DNA of 6,429 nt from a virus: positions 1 to 6,429 of the IMG/VR virus record IMGVR_UViG_3300013666_000001; one strand, written 5' to 3'. Made by a program: the position numbers and the translations under genes. How positions within the stretch are numbered: position 1 is the first letter of the stretch; every line of letters begins with the position of its first letter. Below, piece after piece: positions 1-5,539 of this stretch. Under the pieces are notes generated by a model. It did no database searches, was not told the origin of the DNA, and saw only the letters and a program-made list of their open reading frames with translations.

Positions 1-103
1 GTGCATGCACATGGAAGTCGCTTTATGTACTTCGTTGACTGGCTCACGGTGTCCCAAGAACACGCATTCGACCTTCCGGTCGTGTGCGATGTGATGACTA
101 TCA
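1..103. repeat. Terminal direct repeat, left copy (circular-genome overlap)
   Basis: Bases 1-103 are identical to 6327-6429 in my base-by-base comparison. Confidence 0.95.
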
Positions 104-1158
104 CAATCGACACGAACACCAATGAAGTGCTCTCCACCCGCCAGCCTCGCTTCAAGCATGAGGCCAGTTATTCCACTTCAGTCACGATCCATGTGCAGGG
201 GCGGAAAATCCGCGTCGAGGGCAACCCAAGCCGGGTAGGGCGCCTGGACAACCTGTTCGGTTTCTCGACCATCGAACAGTGTGTTTCGGTCTACAACCAG
301 CTTCTGGCCGAGTACGGCCTACCGGGCTTCACCCGCTGCACCCGTGTTGATCTGCGGGACGGCGCTTCAGGTGCAAAGACCGGTGATCGCGTGGCAGACG
401 GCGCCAAGATCGAGCGCATCGATCTCACCACGAACGTATCGGTAGGCGAGGGTAACGTGCTGGCCTACCTGCGCGGCGTTTCCTCCCAGCGCATCGGCCA
501 CAGCATCGGCTTCCTGTATCCCAACGGCCGCACCGTCGCGTGGACCCCGAAGGGCAACGGCAAAGGCGGGCGCCTCCAGTACCGCAAGGCCTACGACAAG
601 GCTTTTGAGCTGGACGAGAACCTGCTCCCGAAGATCAAGCGCCTGTACGGCGATGAATCCCCCGAGTTCCTGTACGTGCAGCGCGTCCGCGACTACTGCG
701 CCCTTCATGGCGTGGTTCGGATGGAGCAGGAGCTGAAAAACGAATTTTTGCAGCGCGAATGCTTGGCCTATTGGGGCCTGTTTGACGAACGGCGTTTTGC
801 CGAACTCCACGACGAGTTTTTGAGAATTGACGAACGACTGAAGGTGACCGCCATGGACATCGTTTCCATATCCGAGCAGCTCTTGGCTGAGCAGATCGTA
901 GACACCACCCGTGCAGCGAACACCACCGCTATGTATGCCATTCAGTGGATGCACGGCCAGCAGTTCGACTTCGGCAAGAAGCAAGTCCAGACCCATGCCG
1001 CTCGCCTCAACCGCATCGGCATCAACATCCGTAACGCCTGCGATACCTCACGCTTCGCGCCTGTCTTCGTCCGTCAGGCCCGCGAAATCACCAAGTCCAC
1101 CGTGCTGGCCATTCCGAGCTGGTACCAGCGCCCGAACCATCTGCAGGTGGCTGCATGA
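25..1158 (+). CDS. Rolling-circle replication initiator (filamentous-phage gpII / RstA-like Rep)
   Basis: Long ORF 1-1158. I prefer the ATG at 25 (MYFVDWLT...), which has GGAAG 7 nt upstream. The GTG at 1 (=6327 on the circle) is an alternative; the frame is closed upstream by TGA at 6309-6311. An N-terminal DWL motif, EGNPSRVGRLDNLFGF and a Tyr motif (RKAYDKAFEL) match what I recall of phage/plasmid Rep proteins of the gene II/CRI/Rep_trans type. It is the first gene downstream of a divergent repressor, like rstA in CTXphi. Confidence 0.8.
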   Translation: MYFVDWLTVSQEHAFDLPVVCDVMTITIDTNTNEVLSTRQPRFKHEASYSTSVTIHVQGRKIRVEGNPSRVGRLDNLFGFSTIEQCVSVYNQLLAEYGLPGFTRCTRVDLRDGASGAKTGDRVADGAKIERIDLTTNVSVGEGNVLAYLRGVSSQRIGHSIGFLYPNGRTVAWTPKGNGKGGRLQYRKAYDKAFELDENLLPKIKRLYGDESPEFLYVQRVRDYCALHGVVRMEQELKNEFLQRECLAYWGLFDERRFAELHDEFLRIDERLKVTAMDIVSISEQLLAEQIVDTTRAANTTAMYAIQWMHGQQFDFGKKQVQTHAARLNRIGINIRNACDTSRFAPVFVRQAREITKSTVLAIPSWYQRPNHLQVAA

Positions 1159-1271
1159 TGCGCACCCTCTACTCCGTTGCTTGCCAGTTTTTCTTTATTG
1201 GCGGTGCCATTGCTGGCTGGTTCATCGCTGCTTTCTACATCGGCAAGTTATTTGGATGGTTCTTCGCATGA
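1155..1271 (+). CDS. Small hydrophobic protein (38 aa), translationally coupled to Rep
   Basis: My translation: MMRTLYSVACQFFFIGGAIAGWFIAAFYIGKLFGWFFA. The ATG overlaps the rep stop as ATGA (1155-1158), with AGGTGG at 1145-1150. It has one predicted TM segment. The six-frame track omits it because it is short. Confidence 0.45.
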   Translation: MMRTLYSVACQFFFIGGAIAGWFIAAFYIGKLFGWFFA

Positions 1272-1354
1272 TCGCACCGACCCTCTCTCTCCTGGTCACC
1301 CTCGCGGGCGGTGTCATCGCGCTCTACTTCGTGCGCTTGGAGTTCCGTCCATGA
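1268..1354 (+). CDS. Small hydrophobic protein (28 aa), translationally coupled
   Basis: MIAPTLSLLVTLAGGVIALYFVRLEFRP. The start overlaps the previous stop as ATGA (1268-1271) and its own stop overlaps the next start as ATGA (1351-1354). Single TM segment. Size and composition resemble gpVII/gpIX-type minor coat proteins, but the position is atypical. Confidence 0.35.
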   Translation: MIAPTLSLLVTLAGGVIALYFVRLEFRP

Positions 1355-1584
1355 CTCGCACCGTCAGCTTCCAAGGCACCCAGCTCACCAGCGGCCAGCG
1401 CCGCCGCCTTCAAGAGCAACAGCAGGCCCGGCCATTCGTTAACCCGGTTCTGCAGCAGCAAGTAAACGAAACCCTGGCAGCGCTCGAAGCTCGCCAGTCC
1501 GAGGGCATCAAGCCCGAACGCCAATGGTTCTTGGAACGCCAAGAGCGTGGCACTCCCTGCGTTGCCGACCTGTTCGGCTTTTAA
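1351..1584 (+). CDS. Hypothetical basic, Gln-rich protein (77 aa)
   Basis: MTRTVSFQGTQLTSGQRRRLQEQQQ... GGAG at 1339-1342 lies 8 nt upstream of the ATG. It fills the gap between the micro-ORFs and the gpV-like gene. It is the C-terminal part of track ORF 1177-1584. Confidence 0.6.
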   Translation: MTRTVSFQGTQLTSGQRRRLQEQQQARPFVNPVLQQQVNETLAALEARQSEGIKPERQWFLERQERGTPCVADLFGF

Positions 1585-1596
1585 GAGGCAATACCC

Positions 1597-1884
1597 ATGG
1601 CTATGACTATCAAGATCGAAACCACCGGCAACTTCCGTACCGGTACCGCTGCCAAGTCTGGCAAGCCCTACTGGATGGCCGAAGCCTACGCGCACCTGCC
1701 GGGCGTCCCGTACCCGCAGAAGTTCAGCTACTACGCCGCCTCTCAGAACGAAGTTTTGCCGGTCGGTCATTACGAGTGCGACATTTCCTGTTCTATCAAG
1801 GATGACCGCATTCACTTCGAAGTTGACCCGCGCCAAGCCCGCCGCATTTCCGCTCCGGCTCCTAAGGCGGTAGGCGCTAATTAA
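1597..1884 (+). CDS. Putative ssDNA-binding protein (gpV-like)
   Basis: 95-aa ORF with AGAGG at 1584-1588, 8 nt upstream of the ATG. Its size and its position between the replication genes and the coat genes match inovirus gene V. Function is inferred from synteny only. Confidence 0.6.
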   Translation: MAMTIKIETTGNFRTGTAAKSGKPYWMAEAYAHLPGVPYPQKFSYYAASQNEVLPVGHYECDISCSIKDDRIHFEVDPRQARRISAPAPKAVGAN

Positions 1885-2072
1885 TGGACACCTACGTCTG
1901 CACTGAACTTGTCAATGGCGTCTGCCAAACATGGGTCGTGCAGTCTTCAATAATTCCGCCTCTCACTGTTACTGATGGGCTGAAACTCGGATGGGCCGTT
2001 GTTGCGTGTTACGGCGCTGCCTGGGGATGTGGTTTGTTAACACGCTTTCTTCTATCTCATGAAAGGAACTGA
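1884..2072 (+). CDS. Small membrane protein (62 aa), candidate minor coat (gpVII/IX position)
   Basis: The start overlaps the upstream stop (TAATG). It has a C-terminal hydrophobic segment (GWAVVACYGAAWGCGLL) and lies directly upstream of the major coat gene. Confidence 0.55.
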   Translation: MDTYVCTELVNGVCQTWVVQSSIIPPLTVTDGLKLGWAVVACYGAAWGCGLLTRFLLSHERN

Positions 2073-2075
2073 AAT

Positions 2076-2216
2076 ATGGATGGCTCGATGATTCCCGCTG
2101 ACGTACTGACCGCGATCACTGCACTCAAGGGCGATGTTCAAACCATCGGTGGTGCAATGTTCGTTGTTGTGCTTGTAGTGGTGGCTTTCGCCTACTTCCG
2201 CCGTTCCGCTCGTTAA
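2076..2216 (+). CDS. Major coat protein (gpVIII), leaderless Pf3-type
   Basis: My translation: MDGSMIPADVLTAITALKGDVQTIGGAMFVVVLVVVAFAYFRRSAR (46 aa). It has an acidic N-terminus, a hydrophobic core and a basic C-terminus. AAGGA lies upstream. TAL.GDV.TIGGA aligns with TAVQADITTIGGA of the Pf3 coat as I remember it. A terminator follows. Confidence 0.85.
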   Translation: MDGSMIPADVLTAITALKGDVQTIGGAMFVVVLVVVAFAYFRRSAR

Positions 2217-2234
2217 TTCGAGCCTCGGCAACTA

Positions 2235-2258
2235 GGGGGCTTAGCGGCCCCCTTTTTT
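2235..2258 (+). terminator. Rho-independent terminator after the coat gene
   Basis: GGGGGC (2235-2240) pairs with GCCCCC (2247-2252) around a 6-nt loop, followed by TTTTTT (2253-2258). The placement is the same as the terminator after gene VIII in Ff phages. Confidence 0.8.
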
Positions 2259-2271
2259 ATTGGAGTTCCGA

Positions 2272-2364
2272 ATGGACGTTGCAAGTTGGGAGTTTTCAGG
2301 ATGGCTTGTTGTTTTCGTTATGGTCTCGTCCTTCTGGCTGCTGTTCTATACAGCGTCCAAGTAA
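2272..2364 (+). CDS. Candidate 30-aa hydrophobic micro-ORF overlapping the gpIII start (speculative)
   Basis: MDVASWEFSGWLVVFVMVSSFWLLFYTASK. TGGAG at 2261-2265 lies 6 nt upstream of the ATG. It overlaps the gpIII signal-peptide region in another frame, which can by itself produce hydrophobic alternative-frame peptides. Confidence 0.2.
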   Translation: MDVASWEFSGWLVVFVMVSSFWLLFYTASK

Positions 2365-3638
2365 GCGCCTCGGTTCTTACTCCTATAACCGACCCCGGCA
2401 CCGGTCAAAAGGTATATGTTCCAAAGCCTGACGGACTTGAGCGCTCGCGCACCTTTAATTCCAACGTCAACGTCGGGTCAGGCTCTTTAACGATCCCTAC
2501 CAAGCTTAGTGGTAAATTCGGGTGGGCGAAGGTCGGTACCGCTGTACGCACTATTGCCAAGGGGTCGCCGCAGGCTGTTATAGGTAGTGTTGCACTCGCA
2601 TACCTTCTTGACAAAATACCGGGCGGCTCCGTAGGTGCCGACGGAACGCTATACCGGACTCCGGACCTAGTGACCTCCGGTTACTACTGGCCGGCCAACC
2701 TCGCCAACTCGTCCCCAGGGCATGTCGTTACCCGCCATTCATCAGCGGACGCTGCATGCAAGTCCCTATGGCCGCAGGCTGTCTCTCCGCAAACTGTTCG
2801 CCTCAAACAGACTGGCACTACTTCATACGATTGCATTCGTTATGATCCTTGGTCGTCTGTGCCCGAGCAATATATCGGCTACACGCAAAGAACGGCGTTT
2901 AACTGTCCTAACGGTGTTAACCCTGACTACACATGCCGAAGTACTAAGCCTTCGCCTGTTCCTTTTTCGGATGCCGATTATGAACAGCTCGCATCCCACG
3001 TCCCATCAATTCCACAAGAGCATTGGGCGGACTTCGGCCCTCGTCTCGACTCAATCCCCGGAACCTTTGATTATCCAGACGCCACCGACTTCACAGGCCC
3101 CGCCTCTGTTGATTTGCCGTCAGTTACTACAACCACGACTAACCCCTCAACTGGCGATATATCTGTAACTGAAACCATGCCTTCAATTCAGTTCAAGTAC
3201 AGTCCCTCGCCGCTTTCTGTTACCGCGACCCCGACCTCAACTACCACCACATATCAGAACGGCATCAAAACTAGCACTTCTACAACCACGACCACCACCA
3301 ACAATACGACCACCGTCACGCCGCCTAAAATCGAAGTCCCAACTGACTGCGCGTTCATGCCGACAGTCTGTTCATTCATTGATTGGGTTAAACAACCATT
3401 CACCGAGGAAGCTCCAGACTTCTCTGATTTTATCGATGATGAGGATTTTTCAGACTCCATAACTATTCCGGGCAATGCAACTTGTCCAGCTCCTACAATG
3501 ATCGAGACTAATCTCGGCTCATATGAATTCAGCTGGCAGCCTGCGTGCACCTGGGCGGGAATGATCAAACCGCTTGTTATCATTGCTGCACTAATTGCAG
3601 CCATCTATATCAGTCTCGGCGTAGCGAGGTCGGAATAA
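2301..3638 (+). CDS. Adsorption / minor coat protein (gpIII-like)
   Basis: The track ORF starts at TTG 2286. I prefer ATG 2301, which has GGGAG at 2288-2292. It has a signal peptide (MACCFRYGLVLLAAVLYSVQVSA|S), Thr-rich low-complexity linkers (TTTTTNPS, TSTTTT, TSTSTTTTTTNNTTTVT) and a C-terminal TM anchor (LVIIAALIAAIYISLGV). It is the largest ORF and lies downstream of the coat gene. Confidence 0.8.
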   Translation: MACCFRYGLVLLAAVLYSVQVSASVLTPITDPGTGQKVYVPKPDGLERSRTFNSNVNVGSGSLTIPTKLSGKFGWAKVGTAVRTIAKGSPQAVIGSVALAYLLDKIPGGSVGADGTLYRTPDLVTSGYYWPANLANSSPGHVVTRHSSADAACKSLWPQAVSPQTVRLKQTGTTSYDCIRYDPWSSVPEQYIGYTQRTAFNCPNGVNPDYTCRSTKPSPVPFSDADYEQLASHVPSIPQEHWADFGPRLDSIPGTFDYPDATDFTGPASVDLPSVTTTTTNPSTGDISVTETMPSIQFKYSPSPLSVTATPTSTTTTYQNGIKTSTSTTTTTTNNTTTVTPPKIEVPTDCAFMPTVCSFIDWVKQPFTEEAPDFSDFIDDEDFSDSITIPGNATCPAPTMIETNLGSYEFSWQPACTWAGMIKPLVIIAALIAAIYISLGVARSE

Positions 3639-3919
3639 TGCCTGCGATTCTCGTAACTATCGGCGTTTACATAATCTCCAGCGTCATCGCTAAGATATTC
3701 GTTGCGCTTGGCATTGGCGTCTTTACTTACTACGGATTGCTCACGCTCGTTGAGCAACTTGTACAGCAGGTGCAAGTTGCTTTTGGCGGTCTTCCGGCGC
3801 AAGTAAGCCAAGTTCTTAGTATCGCCGGAATTCCTCAGGCACTTTCCATCGTCTGTAGCGCTTTCCTAACTCGCGCTTCCATACAAGCCATTCAAACCTT
3901 CTTCGGGTCTCGCATATGA
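3638..3919 (+). CDS. Minor coat / membrane protein (gpVI-like)
   Basis: 93 aa beginning MPAILVTIGVYIISSVIAKIFVALGIGVF. GAGG lies 8 nt upstream. The start overlaps the gpIII stop (TAATG) and the stop overlaps the gpI start (ATGA). It has multiple hydrophobic segments and sits between gIII and gI as in other inoviruses. Confidence 0.7.
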   Translation: MPAILVTIGVYIISSVIAKIFVALGIGVFTYYGLLTLVEQLVQQVQVAFGGLPAQVSQVLSIAGIPQALSIVCSAFLTRASIQAIQTFFGSRI

Positions 3920-4941
3920 TCACCCTTATCACCGCTGTTCCCGGTAGCGGGAAAACCCTTTACTGCATTGGCCTGATTCTTAAGGCAGTTGAGGAGGGCA
4001 GACCGGTCTATTCCAACATCGCCGGCCTGAAAATCCCGCAGTGCCATCCAGCCCCTGACGACTGGAGAGACACACCCGAGGGCTCGCTCGTTGTTTACGA
4101 CGAGGCTCAACAGCCGCACCTGTATCCATCCACCGCTCACCGTGGTGAGGTCAAGGACGAGCGTCTACGCCAGATGGAAGTCCATCGGCACACTGGCCAT
4201 GACCTTGTTTTCGTCAGCCAATCGCCCAGCTTTCTTCATCACCACATCCGCAAGCTGGCCGGTGAGCACATCCACCTCTATCGAGCCTTTGGCGCTAAGA
4301 TCGTTACCAAGTACACATGGCAACATACCGTTGACTCTCCCAACGATCGGGGCGAGCAGGGCAGAGCAGACAGCGTCCCATGGAAGTTTCCGAAAGAGCA
4401 CTTCCAGTACTACCAGTCGGCCACCATCCATACTCACAAGTTCAAGGTGCCTAAGAAGCTCGCGGCGCTCTTGATATTCATCGTCGTTGTATCTGGTCTG
4501 GTCGTTTGGAATGCTTCAACCAATCAGAACAGCCTGCTGACCGGCTCAGGTGCTGACATTCATCAACCTGTTGCCTCTGCAACGGCAGCGCCTTCTGAGC
4601 CCGGTGGTGTACGCGCAGCGTCCACCACGGGCCAGAAGAAAGCGCTGCCAGCTACGACAACCCTCTATGACTGGTCAGAAACCGAGACGGCCAAGCCTGT
4701 TGCCGGCTGCATTTACAACGCGACCCGTTGCCAGTGTTTCGACGCTTCCGGTTCGCTCTACGCGATGGCTCATGCACAATGCCTGTCCGTGGCAACTAAC
4801 ATGCTGCCGCGATCCATCAACGTAGGAGGTTCTAGCCGTGGGTCTTCAAGACAGGGAATGGTTTCAGGAGAGTCGCAACAATCGCTCATCGGCGCGAATC
4901 CATTCGCCGAGGCAGCAACCCCGGCGCCGGGGGTTCTTTAG
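3916..4941 (+). CDS. Assembly NTPase gpI (Zot family)
   Basis: The N-terminus MITLITAVPGSGKT contains a Walker A motif. LVVYDEAQ is a Walker B motif. A central TM segment (LAALLIFIVVVSGLVVW) is followed by a Cys-containing C-terminal domain. This is the typical Zot/pI architecture and position. Confidence 0.88.
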   Translation: MITLITAVPGSGKTLYCIGLILKAVEEGRPVYSNIAGLKIPQCHPAPDDWRDTPEGSLVVYDEAQQPHLYPSTAHRGEVKDERLRQMEVHRHTGHDLVFVSQSPSFLHHHIRKLAGEHIHLYRAFGAKIVTKYTWQHTVDSPNDRGEQGRADSVPWKFPKEHFQYYQSATIHTHKFKVPKKLAALLIFIVVVSGLVVWNASTNQNSLLTGSGADIHQPVASATAAPSEPGGVRAASTTGQKKALPATTTLYDWSETETAKPVAGCIYNATRCQCFDASGSLYAMAHAQCLSVATNMLPRSINVGGSSRGSSRQGMVSGESQQSLIGANPFAEAATPAPGVL

Positions 4942-5035
4942 TCACTTTGTCGTGCTCGTCCTGGGCATTGTGATCGGCATGGTCGTTGCCGACCTGCACT
5001 GGCTCGACATGCTGCGGCAGCAGCTCCCGTTCTGA
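4838..5035 (+). CDS. Hypothetical 65-aa membrane protein overlapping the gpI 3' end out of frame
   Basis: GTG start with a perfect AGGAGG (4824-4829) 8 nt upstream. Basic N-terminus and one TM segment (FFSHFVVLVLGIVIGMVVA). It overlaps gpI by 104 nt in a different frame. Confidence 0.45.
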   Translation: MGLQDREWFQESRNNRSSARIHSPRQQPRRRGFFSHFVVLVLGIVIGMVVADLHWLDMLRQQLPF

Positions 5036-5041
5036 TTGGGC

Positions 5042-5076
5042 GCTTCGCATAATTGAGGCTCGGCGTTATGTTGAGC
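5042..5076 (+). other. dif-like XerC/XerD site A with an over-long spacer (attP half)
   Basis: GCTTCGCATAA (9/11 to the E. coli dif XerC arm GGTGCGCATAA), then a 13-nt spacer, then TTATGTTGAGC (8/11 to the XerD arm TTATGTTAAAT). Confidence 0.65.
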
Positions 5077-5121
5077 CGGTGCGCTGGGACTATCCTGCGG
5101 CCAGCGCAGCCCGTAGGGCAG

Positions 5122-5150
5122 GCGTAACATAACGGCGGATTATGCGAGGC
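5122..5150 (-). other. dif-like XerC/XerD site B, inverted orientation (attP half)
   Basis: The minus strand reads GCCTCGCATAA-TCCGCCG-TTATGTTACGC, with arms of 8/11 each to dif and a 7-nt spacer. It is complementary to site A, so the two pair in ssDNA. Confidence 0.65.
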
Positions 5151-5153
5151 GAC

Positions 5154-5282
5154 TGGTACCATTTTTGCGGATCTCCGATCGCACCAGGTCGAACAAATGG
5201 TACCAATCTCTAGGTATTCTTCGGATGGTTTGGTACCATTTCCCTCCTCGAGGAACGAACCTGGTTGAAAGGAAAGGTACCA
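5154..5282. promoter_or_regulatory. Array of four palindromic operator-like sites (consensus AWWGGTACCWWT)
   Basis: TGGTACCA at 5154-5161, 5198-5205 and 5231-5238, and AGGTACCA at 5275-5282. A/T-rich symmetric flanks: CTGGTACCATTTT, AAATGGTACCAAT, TTTGGTACCATTT, AAAGGTACCAAAA. Centre-to-centre spacing is 44, 33 and 44 bp. The last site overlaps the RBS of the 5285 ORF. Confidence 0.6.
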
Positions 5283-5284
5283 AA

Positions 5285-5539
5285 ATGCTGATCAAATTCG
5301 ATGTGACCACCGAGGAAGGTGACCGCCTCAAGATGCAGTACGGCCAGAAGGTCGCCAGTAAGGCGTTCAAAATGGCCGCACTCGATGCCTTCGACCTGTA
5401 CCACAAGAATCAGGAGCTGCACGAAGTCATCGATAGCCAGCGAACGGAGATTCGCCGGCTCCGCCACATCATCGAGCAGGCCCGCGCCTCGGCTGCTCAG
5501 CTGCTTGAAAAGACTGGTCAGGAGGACCTTTATGCTTGA
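5285..5539 (+). CDS. Hypothetical 84-aa protein, possible ribbon-helix-helix regulator with a C-terminal coiled coil
   Basis: ATG at 5285 with GGAAAGG upstream. The track ORF from TTG 5165 would read through the operator array, so I reject that start. The N-terminus LIKFDVTTEEGDRLKMQYG...ASKAFKMAALDAF has a strand-helix-helix pattern. The C-terminus is heptad-like (EIRRLRHIIEQARASAAQLLE). Confidence 0.6.
   Translation: MLIKFDVTTEEGDRLKMQYGQKVASKAFKMAALDAFDLYHKNQELHEVIDSQRTEIRRLRHIIEQARASAAQLLEKTGQEDLYA

Noticed and set aside
367-996. 209-aa minus-strand ORF inside rep
   Set aside because: It is antisense to a well-supported gene in GC-rich sequence, which is a typical shadow ORF. It has no SD, and it is Ala/Gly/Leu/Val-rich and low in complexity.
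911-1267. N-terminal part of + strand track ORF 911-1354, and the 1177-1350 part of ORF 1177-1584
   Set aside because: These alternative-frame extensions overlap rep or each other. Only the distal segments that start at the ATGA junctions (1268 and 1351) look like genes.
1324-1836. 170-aa minus-strand ORF spanning the 77-aa ORF and the gpV-like gene
   Set aside because: It is antisense to two compact, SD-preceded + strand genes. All other morphogenesis genes are on the + strand. It is most likely a shadow ORF.
2722-3168. 148-aa alternative-frame ORF within gpIII, along with 2405-2614(-) and 3254-3604(-)
   Set aside because: They are embedded in the gpIII coding region without SD signals. 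Their composition reflects the Thr-rich tract read in other frames.
4091-4825. Alternative-frame ORFs inside gpI (4091-4474 +, 4165-4437 -, 4550-4825 +) and 3892-4140(-), 3605-3811(-)
   Set aside because: They have no ribosome-binding sites, lie inside strongly supported genes, and are Ser/Arg/Pro-rich as expected for off-frame translation.
3916-4941. Calling the gpI homologue an enterotoxin because of the Zot family name
   Set aside because: Zot-family membership reflects the phage assembly NTPase. The toxin-active C-terminal peptide of V. cholerae Zot is not recognisable here, so no toxin claim is justified.
4938-5162. Minus-strand ORFs 4938-5162 and 4942-5130 across the attP region
   Set aside because: They run through the dif-like inverted repeats and the hairpin, are Arg/Ala/Pro/Cys-rich, and have no SD. 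The region is better explained as structured non-coding DNA plus the end of the 65-aa ORF.
5140-5467. Minus-strand ORFs 5140-5406 and 5210-5467, and the TTG-5165 extension of the 5285 ORF
   Set aside because: They read through the palindromic GGTACC array, where each palindrome yields the same codons on both strands. The ATG at 5285 with an adjacent SD is the more economical start.
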